Source: an uncultured Rivularia sp.
Lineage (GTDB): Bacteria > Cyanobacteriota > Cyanobacteriia > Cyanobacteriales > Nostocaceae
DNA: 64,000 bases
Reading direction: 5' to 3'
Assembly (NCBI GenBank): GCA_963665115.1
Contig: OY762007.1
Location: 7,008,001-7,072,000 of the forward strand
Below are positions 55,131-64,000 of the stretch, one piece after another (position 1 is the stretch's first letter; each line of letters opens with the position of its first letter). The notes under the pieces were generated by a model, which made no database searches, was not told the origin of the DNA, and saw nothing but the letters and a program-made list of their open reading frames with translations. The translations under genes and the position numbers were made by a program.

Positions 55131-55275
55131 AAATTCATGTTTAATAGGACTTTTTATTAAAGTTTAAGCAAAAGAATTAAGTTAAAATTTGTTTAATTAT
55201 TGGTTGTCAGGTATTAATTGGTTTATAAACCACTAACAACTAACTACCAACAACTAACTACTAACTCTCAAAATT

Positions 55276-55509
55276 ATGACTCTTTCAAACGTTATACAAG
55301 GCATCTGGGCATTTTCTGCTATTGGTTTAATTGTTTTAGTGATGCTACATAGCCCCAAAGGTGACGGAATTGGAGCAATCGGCGGACAAGCGCAACTTTT
55401 CAGCAGTACAAAAAGCGCTGAAAATACTTTAAATCGCGTTACCTGGACGCTAACAGTAGTTTTTCTCGGCTTAAGCGTAGTTTTAAGCGCAGGCTGGCTT
55501 CCTAAATAG
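55276..55509 (+). CDS. secG: preprotein translocase subunit SecG
   Basis: LHSPKGDGIGAIGG.AQLFSS.KSAE.TLNRVTW. Confidence 0.96.
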   Translation: MTLSNVIQGIWAFSAIGLIVLVMLHSPKGDGIGAIGGQAQLFSSTKSAENTLNRVTWTLTVVFLGLSVVLSAGWLPK

Positions 55510-55511
55510 GA

Positions 55512-56434
55512 ATGAGAAAAAAACTAAGCTTATTTAAACAATTAAAAATAGCTTTAGGATTGGCGATCGCCGCAGCACTGCTCGTTATTTCAACTAACGC
55601 GCAGTCTTTTGCTGTGTTTACAAACTTTGAATTAAAAAATAACTTGACAAAAGTACCGCAATATAATGGAGATTTAAAAGTAGAGAAAGCGGAACGGGGA
55701 ATTGACCTCACCCAGTCCCCTTGCGGACATCCCTCTCCTTAATAAGGAGAGGGAACGAGGGTGAGGTTTTAAATGTATTGGACTCAACCGAAAATCACTA
55801 TACTATCTCTCAAACTGCTTCTCTTTCACCACAAAAATCTCACCCTTTACCATCAACCTTGGCGAAATGGCAAGATGAAACAAATAGCGGTGATTATTTT
55901 GATGAAATTAAACCAACTAAATACGGTTATTTAATTTGGTCGCAATTTCCAGTTAAAGTTTATTTAGAAACATTAAATACGGTTAATAACAATCAATCTC
56001 AAAAATGGGTTGAGACTGTCTCGCAAACAGTAGAAGAATGGAATAATTATTTACCTTTAAAAATAGTTGAAAATCCAGAACTTGCGGATATTATAATTTT
56101 ACGCAAATCTCCACCGTTGAAGTTTACTCCTGGAAGTAGAATTCCTCGCGCTCGCTCTGCGGAAACTCGCTACAAAGTTTATACATTTGACAATAGTTTA
56201 TACCACCGATTTACTATCTTATTGAGTCCCAGTCAAACAGGTAAATACCTTTTAGCAGCCTCTCGCCACGAATTAGGTCATGCTTTAGGAATTTGGGGAC
56301 ATAGTAAAGATCAAAGTGACGCTTTATATTTTTCTCAAGTTAGGAATCCGCCGCAGGTTTCTGCTAGAGACGTGAATACTTTGAAGAAGATTTATCAGCA
56401 GAGTACTAATTTGGGGTGGGAAAATAATAATTAA
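55512..56434 (+). CDS. secreted matrixin/M10-like zinc metalloprotease, with an internal palindrome and an apparent frameshift at ~55711-55720
   Basis: Signal peptide in ORF 55512..55742; HELGHALGIWGHS metzincin motif in ORF 55721..56434. Confidence 0.8.
55705..55767. repeat. REP-like palindrome inside a coding region
   Basis: ACCTCACCC...CCCTCTCCTTA-A-TAAGGAGAGGG...GGGTGAGGT. Confidence 0.8.
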
Positions 56435-56916
56435 TGTTGTAGAGTCTCCAAATTTGGCGAATCATCACCACAATTATCATTTCTGATGCTTCCATCTGGC
56501 ATGATTGTATTACAGTAAATAGGGCTGGGGAGATCGATTGAAGCGCCATTCAAATCGGCTCCTCGGAGATTTGCATTTGTGAGGTTGGCACCATCTAAAT
56601 AGGTAAGACTGAGGTTAGCGTCGGTTAGATTAGCACCGCTTAAATTAGCTTCTGCCAAAATGGACATAAATAAATAAGTTTTATTCAAATTGGAATTGCT
56701 TAAATTAATCTCTTCTAAACTAGCTTGGCTAATATTGGCATCACTCAAATCGGAATTACTTAGGTTAGCTTTAATCAAATTAGAATCTGCTAATTCGGCT
56801 CCACTCAGGTTAATTCCACTCAAGTTGGTTCCTTCCAAATCGGCATCAGCCAAATCAGCCCCTCTGAAATCTCGCTCTCCCTTCTCATACCTTTGCAGCA
56901 ATTCTTCTTCATCCAT
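56431..56916 (-). CDS. pentapeptide repeat protein
   Basis: ELLQRYEKGERDF start, A(D/N)Lxx repeats, TIMPDGS end motif. Confidence 0.95.
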   Translation of the reverse strand: MDEEELLQRYEKGERDFRGADLADADLEGTNLSGINLSGAELADSNLIKANLSNSDLSDANISQASLEEINLSNSNLNKTYLFMSILAEANLSGANLTDANLSLTYLDGANLTNANLRGADLNGASIDLPSPIYCNTIMPDGSIRNDNCGDDSPNLETLQH

Positions 56917-57019
56917 AATTTAGCTTTTGGATTAATTGATGTATATAAAGATAACTCACTAAATTTCAATCGTATATTACTGTTTAACTGAATTATCTCG
57001 GTACAACCTAAAATACTGG

Positions 57020-57046
57020 GAGACGTAGCACTGCTACGTCTCTACA
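57020..57046. repeat. GTAGAGACG REP-like palindrome overlapping the glycosylase stop codon
   Basis: GAGACGTAGCA-C-TGCTACGTCTCTACA. Confidence 0.85.
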
Positions 57047-57717
57047 TTAGTTATTCCACATTTTATATACTCGCACCGCTCCCCCAAAACACAATCACCA
57101 CAACGAGGATTCTTCGCAGTACAAATCCCTGCACCAAAATCAAATAGCGTCAGATTCCATATCCCCACATTACTTTTAGGTGCTATTTCTTCTGCTGCTT
57201 GCCAAAGTAAGGGACACCGTGACTTGACTCTCCCACCTTCAAAACCAAAGAAGCGTTCAAAAATCCGCGCTACGTTGGTGTCAATTACTGCTTTACTTTG
57301 CCCAAAAGCATTAGCACAAATCGAACGCGCTGTATATTTACCAACTCCAGGTAATTTGAGTAATTCTGCTTCTGTATGCGGAATCTTCTCTTGATATTCT
57401 TCAATTAATATTTTTGCTGTTTTGTAAAGTCTTTCGGCTCTAAATGAAAGTCCTAAAGGCTGTAATATATTTTTTATATCTATAAATTCTGCTTTGGCTA
57501 ACGCTTCAACTGTCGGATATTGCTCTATAAATTCTTCGTATATAGGAGCAACTAAGGGCGCGTTAGTTTTCTGCAACATGAATTATGCTACTAAAATCGC
57601 GTAAGCATATGAAGTATCGCGCCAAGGAAATTTTCTGCGGTGCTTTTTTCCCCAAGCTAATAATTCGCGACGAAACCATTTTATTTTATTTATATCGAAA
57701 TTAAAATCAAGATTCAC
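57034..57717 (-). pseudogene. short MutY/MIG-type HhH-GPD [4Fe-4S] mismatch DNA glycosylase with in-frame TAA
   Basis: GTG start at 57717 after AGGAG; reads ...RKFPWRDTSYAYAILVA-TAA-FMLQKT...LPGVGKYTA...IDTNVARI...CTAKNPRCGDCVLGERC. Stop at 57583-57585. Confidence 0.75.
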
Positions 57718-57808
57718 GCCCCCACTCCTAAAATAAATATAGTGCGACATCAAAAGCACATGAAGGTGCTAACGATCGCACTACAAAAAATAGATAAGTC
57801 TGTCAACT

Positions 57809-58972
57809 TTAAACGGCTTTTTTGGTTTGTTGGGGACGAAAATGCAATTTTTTTCCTCTTGCTATTTCTTCGTACAGCCTTTCTAATTGGCTTATATTCT
57901 TGCTGAGAGTATAACGTTCTAATACTCGCTGCCGTGCTTTTTGTCCTAACATTAATCCTAATTCTGGATGATCTTGGAATAATGGTAATAAAGTGCGTAA
58001 TTGCGATCGCACTCTATTTGTATCAAGCACTACACCAGCACCATCTTGCAATACTTCCCCGTCGGCACCTACTTCAGTTGCCAGACAAGCTAAACCACAA
58101 GCCATTGCTTCTAATAGAGATAAAGATAAACCTTCCACTAAGGACGGTAATATAAATACATCTGCTCCCCGTAATATTTCTATACGGCGATCGTCATCGG
58201 CAATGAATCCCAACCAGTTAATGCCATGTTCGGGACCGTAAAATGGCTCTAAACCGGCTCTTAAAGGACCATCACCAACTATTAATAATTTACTTTGGGA
58301 ACCCATTTCTGCCTGTCTCCAAGCACGCAGCAGGGCTTCAACATTCTTTTCGGTAGCAAGTCTTCCTTGATAGACAAATAAACGTTCGGCTTCAAATTCG
58401 GCTTTGATAGCTGAAAAACCGGGAGAATATTTATCAACGTCTACTCCATTCGGAATAACCGCAATATTTTCAGCAGGTACACCCATACGTGCTAGTAGTT
58501 CTCGTTGAAGTTGCGAAAATACAATCGTGCTGTTGTAATTGCCTAAAAAAGGTGCATACAATTGATACGCTAAAATTTGAGTTCCCGATACAAGTTTTGC
58601 TCCTTTGCCAGCGAATGGGGTATGGAAAGTAGCAATCAAGGGTATATTCAGTTTTTCGCAGATTTCTGGTAACAGAAAATCTATGAGGGATAAAGTCAGA
58701 GAAGCATGAACGATGTCTGGTTTAATTCTTTGTAGCGACTCAGTTAAAACCTTTGTCGCTTTAAATGTAGGAATTGTATAAACCTGAGACTTATAAATAA
58801 AAGGTAAAGGTACCTCCGGACAACTTAACTCCTTTGAGCCTTGGGATGCTTCTTGGGCAAAATGAAGAAAGCTAACTTCGTGTCCCCGTTCTAACAAGGC
58901 ATTTGTAATTTCTCTGCCATAAGTAACATTGCCACAAAAGGGCGTTTTTTTTCCAATCCACGCTATACGCAT
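57809..58972 (-). CDS. dgdA: GT4 glycosyltransferase, probably digalactosyldiacylglycerol synthase
   Basis: MRIAWIGKKTPFCGNVTY N-terminus, GRLATEKN and EGLSLSLLEAMACG. The dgdA call rests on recalled sequence and deoC-recO-MFS synteny. Confidence 0.7.
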   Translation of the reverse strand: MRIAWIGKKTPFCGNVTYGREITNALLERGHEVSFLHFAQEASQGSKELSCPEVPLPFIYKSQVYTIPTFKATKVLTESLQRIKPDIVHASLTLSLIDFLLPEICEKLNIPLIATFHTPFAGKGAKLVSGTQILAYQLYAPFLGNYNSTIVFSQLQRELLARMGVPAENIAVIPNGVDVDKYSPGFSAIKAEFEAERLFVYQGRLATEKNVEALLRAWRQAEMGSQSKLLIVGDGPLRAGLEPFYGPEHGINWLGFIADDDRRIEILRGADVFILPSLVEGLSLSLLEAMACGLACLATEVGADGEVLQDGAGVVLDTNRVRSQLRTLLPLFQDHPELGLMLGQKARQRVLERYTLSKNISQLERLYEEIARGKKLHFRPQQTKKAV

Positions 58973-59472
58973 TCTTGATTAGTAATCTGGAAAGGGGTTT
59001 TATTCGATCGGCTTTTCTGTGAATTGAACTGATATGAATTTACGGTTGTATTTTCTGTCTTAGTGGACATCATAATATCTCCAACCTTACAACTTACAAC
59101 GCAAATTTTTACGTTTTTAAAACTCGTTTGTTTATGTCATAGTAATGCTGTTAATTACTATACGTTTTTATATAACAAATTGAGACTCTATGTATAACGC
59201 CTACTATAAGCACATTTGCTCTTCAATGCTAGAGGATACACATTAATTCTCATGTAATCTTACCACGGCATTCAAAGCTTTTTGTAAAGATAGCTATAAT
59301 GTCAAGCTAATTAATAACGATCGATATCCGATTAAAAAGCTTGTACAGTAGAAATCTCTTGATAGAAATTGTGTTGTTGAATTAACATTTTTTATTAATA
59401 TCAAATTTTTCCACTGTTTCCTATTTACCATTTTCTCTAACAGACTTAATAATGACTTTTCGCCGATCGATA

Positions 59473-60975
59473 TTAAGCCGATTTATACCGAGTTAATATA
59501 CCAGCAAAAAAGACAACAGCAGCTAATGTCAAAAAGACTGTTTGCAATCCAAAAAATGTTTCCGCAATACCTGCTAATGCCAAAGGTAAAGTTAGAGCAA
59601 TATTAACTAAATTGTTTTGCAACCCAAATACTTTACCGTGCATTTCCGTTGGGGTTTCAGTTTGAATGGCAGTTTGCAATGGAATACCGACTAACGCACC
59701 AGACAATCCTAAGAAACCGATTAAAGAAAGTACAGCCCATAATTGCTGGGTAAATATTGCCAAACCAGCCAAGGAAACAGCCATTCCCATAGATCCAGCC
59801 AAACTTAAGCGGGAAGTTGAGAAATTTTGACCAAATTGACCTAATAATATTGCACCAAGGGCGATACCAACACCACCAGATGCAAGTAAAAAGCCAAATT
59901 GCTCGGCTGTAATTGAAGGTATAACTTCTGCAATACGAACTGCCAATACGGTTAAAGCAGCTAAAACCGAAAACAAGATGATCAACTGAATCAAAGCATT
60001 ACGAAGACGATGATTTTCTCCCAAATACACCAACCCATCTTTTAAGTCAGAAAAAATATGGTTGGATTCTTTTTCTTTGTCTTGGGGTTTTTCATTGGTT
60101 GTCAACAGCAGCAAAATCAATCCGGCAACAATATAAGAGCCGCCGACTAAGATTTCTTTTCCTAATTCACCGCTACCTCCAACTTGCACCCACAAAGCGT
60201 CTGCGGCTGATAAAAGTGGTTCTCCGATGGCAAATCCGACAATTACCGATGCCATCATCGTTGTAGTGTAAAGCGAATTTGCACTAAGCAAGTTATGCGG
60301 TTTTACTATCAGGGGGATTACAGCTTGTTCGGCTGGTGCAAAAAACTGCGTTAAGGTGGAAACCAAAAAAGTTACTGCCAAAATTATTAAAAAACCAGCA
60401 GGAATATTATTTACACTCTGCCAACCCTTAGCCAACCAAAGCAGCGGAAAAATTCCTAAAACCAAAATACCGCGCCAAATATTAGTTGACACCAGCACTT
60501 GTTTTTTCCCCCATCTATCGACAAATACCCCGGCTATTGAACCAAATAGCACTGCGGGAATGGTAAAAGTCATCATCAAAGCCGATACCCAACCGCTAAT
60601 GCTGCTTCCCTCAGACTGAAACTGAGTATTAATCAAAGCAATCATCAGTACCAGATACACTTTATCTGCTAGCTGACAAAAAACTTGACCACCCCACAGA
60701 GCGAGAAAATTGGTATTTGTTAAAACGGGTAAAAAACCTTGTTCGTTTTTATTTACTTGATTTTTTTCATTCTTTTCTATGGATAAATCGGACTTGCGAT
60801 CAAACTTAACAGCAGCAGCTTGCGAATTATCTTCAAGCTTATTTTTGCTACTGCGATGGGAATATAATTCATTTTTAGTGTTATTTTCCCAATTCTTATT
60901 TTTGTCGGATTTAAGTCTTTCCGACATCGGTGTTTTCTGATTTCTATCGTTTTTAGAAACGTCTCCTGCTGACAT
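59473..60975 (-). CDS. MFS transporter
   Basis: NFLALWGGQ, AGVFVDRW.KK, about 12 TM segments, HGKVFG. Confidence 0.9.
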   Translation of the reverse strand: MSAGDVSKNDRNQKTPMSERLKSDKNKNWENNTKNELYSHRSSKNKLEDNSQAAAVKFDRKSDLSIEKNEKNQVNKNEQGFLPVLTNTNFLALWGGQVFCQLADKVYLVLMIALINTQFQSEGSSISGWVSALMMTFTIPAVLFGSIAGVFVDRWGKKQVLVSTNIWRGILVLGIFPLLWLAKGWQSVNNIPAGFLIILAVTFLVSTLTQFFAPAEQAVIPLIVKPHNLLSANSLYTTTMMASVIVGFAIGEPLLSAADALWVQVGGSGELGKEILVGGSYIVAGLILLLLTTNEKPQDKEKESNHIFSDLKDGLVYLGENHRLRNALIQLIILFSVLAALTVLAVRIAEVIPSITAEQFGFLLASGGVGIALGAILLGQFGQNFSTSRLSLAGSMGMAVSLAGLAIFTQQLWAVLSLIGFLGLSGALVGIPLQTAIQTETPTEMHGKVFGLQNNLVNIALTLPLALAGIAETFFGLQTVFLTLAAVVFFAGILTRYKSA

Positions 60976-61147
60976 TTCGTTTGTAGTTCTAAATCTACTT
61001 TATGGTGGACATGAGAAAGTGTGGTTAATTTAATTCAAGAAAAAATAATAACGGTACTAACCAAAAAATACCAGCTTATTGGCTTTTAAAATCTTTTTTT
61101 TGGCATAATGCCGCAAAAACTTAAATATCTTCACAGATTGTTTAAAA

Positions 61148-62083
61148 TTAGCTGCGATTTCTCGCAAAAAAAGAGTCTATTAAAGCTGCCGAACGAATTG
61201 AACGACCGAAATGGTATTGAGCATATTGTCTTAACAAACGTTCAATGTATAACCAGTCTTCATCAATAGCAGTTTCTTCTATTATCGACCATCGCGGTAG
61301 CTGCTGTAATAAACTTAGTTCCGAAGCACTCAACCGACGCAGCAAAGCCGGTAATTCTTCTTCATGGACAATGGTTTCGTAAGCCGGGGAGGGAGAAGTT
61401 TCTTTTTGAGCAGAAGAATAAATTCCACCTGACTCTTTAGCAACAGACGCAACTTCTAGCAGATTGTTTTCTTCAATTCTCCTTGTTTTTTCTGCTTTTG
61501 TTCGCAGATTTTCCCAAGCCGAGATTGAAACCACACCACCAGCATCAATACTGAAAGCTGTTAGGGCTTTAGGATTATCGAAATCTGGCGTAACCCGATT
61601 CCCAGTTAAACAGCAAGCTTCAACTTGAGGTTTCAAACCAGCCAAAGCCAAAAGTTGAAAAATACCATTTACCAGATATGCTAAAACACTCCGATTTTTA
61701 GGTAACTTTTCCAAACGATTTAGATGCTCGTTGAAAAGCTCAAACAACTCATCTTGAGGATATTCGCTTAAAGCTTGAGCAAGTACTATTTCCGCCAAAT
61801 ATTGAGAAGCTGCCAATTTACCCAAATCACCTCCCAAGCCGGGATAAGTTTTGATAGTCTGTGCTTGGGTAATTTTATCGATACTTCGTCCTTTTGCAAT
61901 CAGTAATTCATTCACCACAAACATCCCGCTTCTACCACCAAGACTAGAAAGATGCTTGCGTGCCCCCGGAGCAGTTGCCCGAATCAATCCAAATTCCCGC
62001 GTCAAAATTGTCACAATCCGATCCGATTCGCCAAACGCTTGGGCTTTTAAATTAATTCCAGTCGCTTTGTAGGTTCTACTCAT
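61148..62083 (-). CDS. recO: DNA repair protein RecO
   Basis: [25 protein letters not shown]; cyanobacterial RecO N-terminus. Confidence 0.93.
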   Translation of the reverse strand: MSRTYKATGINLKAQAFGESDRIVTILTREFGLIRATAPGARKHLSSLGGRSGMFVVNELLIAKGRSIDKITQAQTIKTYPGLGGDLGKLAASQYLAEIVLAQALSEYPQDELFELFNEHLNRLEKLPKNRSVLAYLVNGIFQLLALAGLKPQVEACCLTGNRVTPDFDNPKALTAFSIDAGGVVSISAWENLRTKAEKTRRIEENNLLEVASVAKESGGIYSSAQKETSPSPAYETIVHEEELPALLRRLSASELSLLQQLPRWSIIEETAIDEDWLYIERLLRQYAQYHFGRSIRSAALIDSFFARNRS

Positions 62084-62179
62084 TAATGGTTGTTAGTTGT
62101 TAGTGGTTAGTTGATAGTTGTTAGTAATGAGGGGGAAGAGGGGGTAGAGGGGGTAGAGGGGGTAGATAACTATTAATTC

Positions 62180-62857
62180 CTAACTCTTAACTCCTTCCTC
62201 TCGCTGACGGAGTAAATCAACACCTCTAGAAGTACCCAACCTAGTAGCGCCTGCTAAGATTAATTCTAAAGCTTGGTCAACAGTGCGAATACCCCCAGAA
62301 GCTTTAATTTCAACTCTATCTTGCGCTACTTCCTTTAAAAGCCTTACATCTGCTAGCGTTGCACCACCATTCCAACCAGTACTAGTTTTCAGAAACGCCG
62401 CACCTGCATCCATTGATACTTCGGCAGCCAGTTTTTTCTCGGAATCGGTTAATAAATTAGTTTCTAAAATTACTTTGACAACTTGTCCAGTTTCTTCGCA
62501 AATCGCCGAAATTTCGCGGTGTATTTCTTCAGTTTTACCAGCCTTCAACCAACCTAAATTCATTACCATATCTAATTCAGTTGCACCGTTTTCTGCTGCT
62601 TCTTGCGCTTCATAAAGTTTCACAGCCGAAGTCGTTGCACCAGTGGTAAACCCAATTACAGTACAAACTTTCGGCTGTTTCCCATGCAAAAGTTCCGCTG
62701 CCAGACGTACCCAAGTAGGATTAATGCAAACCGATGCAAAATGATATTTATCTGCTTCTTGACACCATTGCTCAAGCTGTTGTTGAGTAGCTGTTGGGTG
62801 AAGTAGCGAGTGATCGATAAATGGCGCAATATCAATATCCGAATGTTCTGCTGCCAT
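62180..62857 (-). CDS. deoC: deoxyribose-phosphate aldolase
   Basis: [35 protein letters not shown] and GATRLGTS. Confidence 0.97.
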   Translation of the reverse strand: MAAEHSDIDIAPFIDHSLLHPTATQQQLEQWCQEADKYHFASVCINPTWVRLAAELLHGKQPKVCTVIGFTTGATTSAVKLYEAQEAAENGATELDMVMNLGWLKAGKTEEIHREISAICEETGQVVKVILETNLLTDSEKKLAAEVSMDAGAAFLKTSTGWNGGATLADVRLLKEVAQDRVEIKASGGIRTVDQALELILAGATRLGTSRGVDLLRQREEGVKS

Positions 62858-62971
62858 CGTTTTTTATACTAATTATGATTTACTCTTCTCAATAAGTAGA
62901 TTAATACTATTTTTGATAAATTGAGCGTTTATTTTAGAAAATTTTGTTGAATTAACGTTTAATCTATTCTT

Positions 62972-63039
62972 GTAGGGTGTGTTAAACGCACGACTGTATT
63001 TGATTGATACGATAATTTTCGATACGTTTAACGCACCAT
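62972..63039 (+). repeat. GTAG-type REP-like palindrome (same family as 12354-12419)
   Basis: GTAGGGTGTGTTAAACG...CGTTTAACGCACCAT. Confidence 0.7.
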
Positions 63040-63120
63040 CCGAGATTAACTGCGTTACGGCAATTGATATTTATTCAAATTCTCGAATCTCTATATAGCT
63101 AGAAAATATCCTACTTTAAT

Positions 63121-63423
63121 ATGAATAAAAATAGTAAAAATATTTTTAATAAATGGATATCTTTAACGACTGATATTTACAATGATTTACCTAATATGCC
63201 ACCTTTAGCTTGTCCAAATTGCCATAAATTAGGAGTAGATTTTCAATTCATTGGAAATTTACAAACTAAAATTGGTTTTATGGTAGTTTGGTGTCCATTT
63301 TGTCTGCATGGAATACATTTATCAAGAGTGCGTATTCCTGAAAAAGCTCCAGCACTTCCTTTTGATACATCAGCAGAAGAAATTTCAAAACTAATTCCTA
63401 ATTTCACTCATGTAAAGCCATAG
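63121..63423 (+). CDS. hypothetical small protein with two CxxC motifs
   Basis: 100 aa; CPNC...WCPFC.HGIHLSR. Confidence 0.7.
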   Translation: MNKNSKNIFNKWISLTTDIYNDLPNMPPLACPNCHKLGVDFQFIGNLQTKIGFMVVWCPFCLHGIHLSRVRIPEKAPALPFDTSAEEISKLIPNFTHVKP

Positions 63424-63438
63424 CACAAAAAAAACAAG

Positions 63439-63465
63439 GAGACGTAGCAGTGCTACGTCTCTACA
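63439..63465. repeat. GTAGAGACG REP-like palindrome
   Basis: GAGACGTAGCA-G-TGCTACGTCTCTACA between convergent genes. Confidence 0.85.
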
Positions 63466-63484
63466 TCAATATTGCGTTGTAAAA

Positions 63485-64000
63485 TCAAACTGCTGCATTC
63501 TTAATGGCAACAACTTGATTCTCCGATTCTGGCAACAAACGCTTCACACCTTGCTGAACAAAATTTTGCAAAAATACTACTTGCTGATTTTGGGCAAATA
63601 CTTTCTGCAAACTCTGCCCAAATTTCTCTAAATTAAATTCGCTTCCAGAATTAACAGCGATTTCCTGCTGCTCAAAATATTCAATTAAAGCTAAACCGGC
63701 AATTCTAGTTAAATAAGCTGCACTTACACCTTGTACAATTCCACCAGCAACAAAGGTAATAGCGTTACTTTTTAATACTGTACTAATTGTCTTGGTAGAA
63801 AGTTCCACTAAACCGAGTTTCAACATCAAGCTTCCCATTTCACCAGCTACGGTTTTCGCTTGCTCTAAAGAAAACTTCTGCTGATATACTCCACCCAAAT
63901 CCATTACCATTTGAGCGTTAATTGCCGCAGCAGCTAATATATCAAGGGCAGGCACTGGGTTTGCAAATGCCGCAGCTGCACTTATCCACTGATATTGTTC
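63485..64000 (-). CDS. YcjF/DUF697-like protein, 5' end outside window
   Basis: Frame is open to the window edge: EQYQWISAAAAFANPVPALDILA...QGVSAAYLTRIAG. Confidence 0.8.
   Translation of the reverse strand, partial: EQYQWISAAAAFANPVPALDILAAAAINAQMVMDLGGVYQQKFSLEQAKTVAGEMGSLMLKLGLVELSTKTISTVLKSNAITFVAGGIVQGVSAAYLTRIAGLALIEYFEQQEIAVNSGSEFNLEKFGQSLQKVFAQNQQVVFLQNFVQQGVKRLLPESENQVVAIKNAAV

Noticed and set aside
57583..57585. Stop-codon recoding in the glycosylase (selU is in the window)
   Set aside because: The codon is TAA, not TGA or TAG, and the expected residue is Glu.
1502..58011. Recurrent GCGATCGC octamer
   Set aside because: HIP1, the well-known cyanobacterial palindrome.
1..64000. 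Numerous antisense or alternative-frame ORFs of 60-165 aa over known genes (e.g. 36187..36681, 38848..39303)
   Set aside because: Shadow ORFs of conserved genes with no independent evidence.

Overview
Chromosomal window from a filamentous, probably heterocyst-forming (Nostocales-like) cyanobacterium, judged from frequent HIP1 GCGATCGC sites, heptameric STRR arrays and cyanobacterial gene order. Core content: a GAF/PAS adenylate cyclase (5' truncated), purC, the omp85-lpxC-fabZ-lpxA-lpxB cluster, mnmH(selU), nfi, ndhN, the large ribosomal protein cluster (rplC...secY-adk-infA-rpmJ-rpsM-rpsK-rpoA-rplQ-truA-rplM-rpsI-rpmE-prfA), an ABC-F ATPase, gpmI-secG, and deoC-recO-MFS-GT4 (probably dgdA). 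Accessory content: a HicAB toxin-antitoxin pair with a perfect operator palindrome, an FHA/Zn-ribbon plus FHA-flavoenzyme module, a large RTX/cadherin adhesin with mosaic 261-bp repeats, two tandem XRE paralogs divergent from an unknown ORF, a short MutY/MIG-type glycosylase with a nonsense codon at its catalytic Glu, and many REP/SDR/MITE-like palindromes, some showing covariation between copies and one lying inside a coding region. Eight apparent frameshifts, including in essential rpoA, rpsS and lpxA, map to G runs followed by N-C and are most likely sequencing errors. I found no CRISPR array, rRNA, tRNA, reverse transcriptase or transposase. The best candidates for something undescribed are the FHA-flavoenzyme module, the ~620-nt structured rplC leader and the XRE pair locus. 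All family assignments are from motif recognition only; no searches were run.
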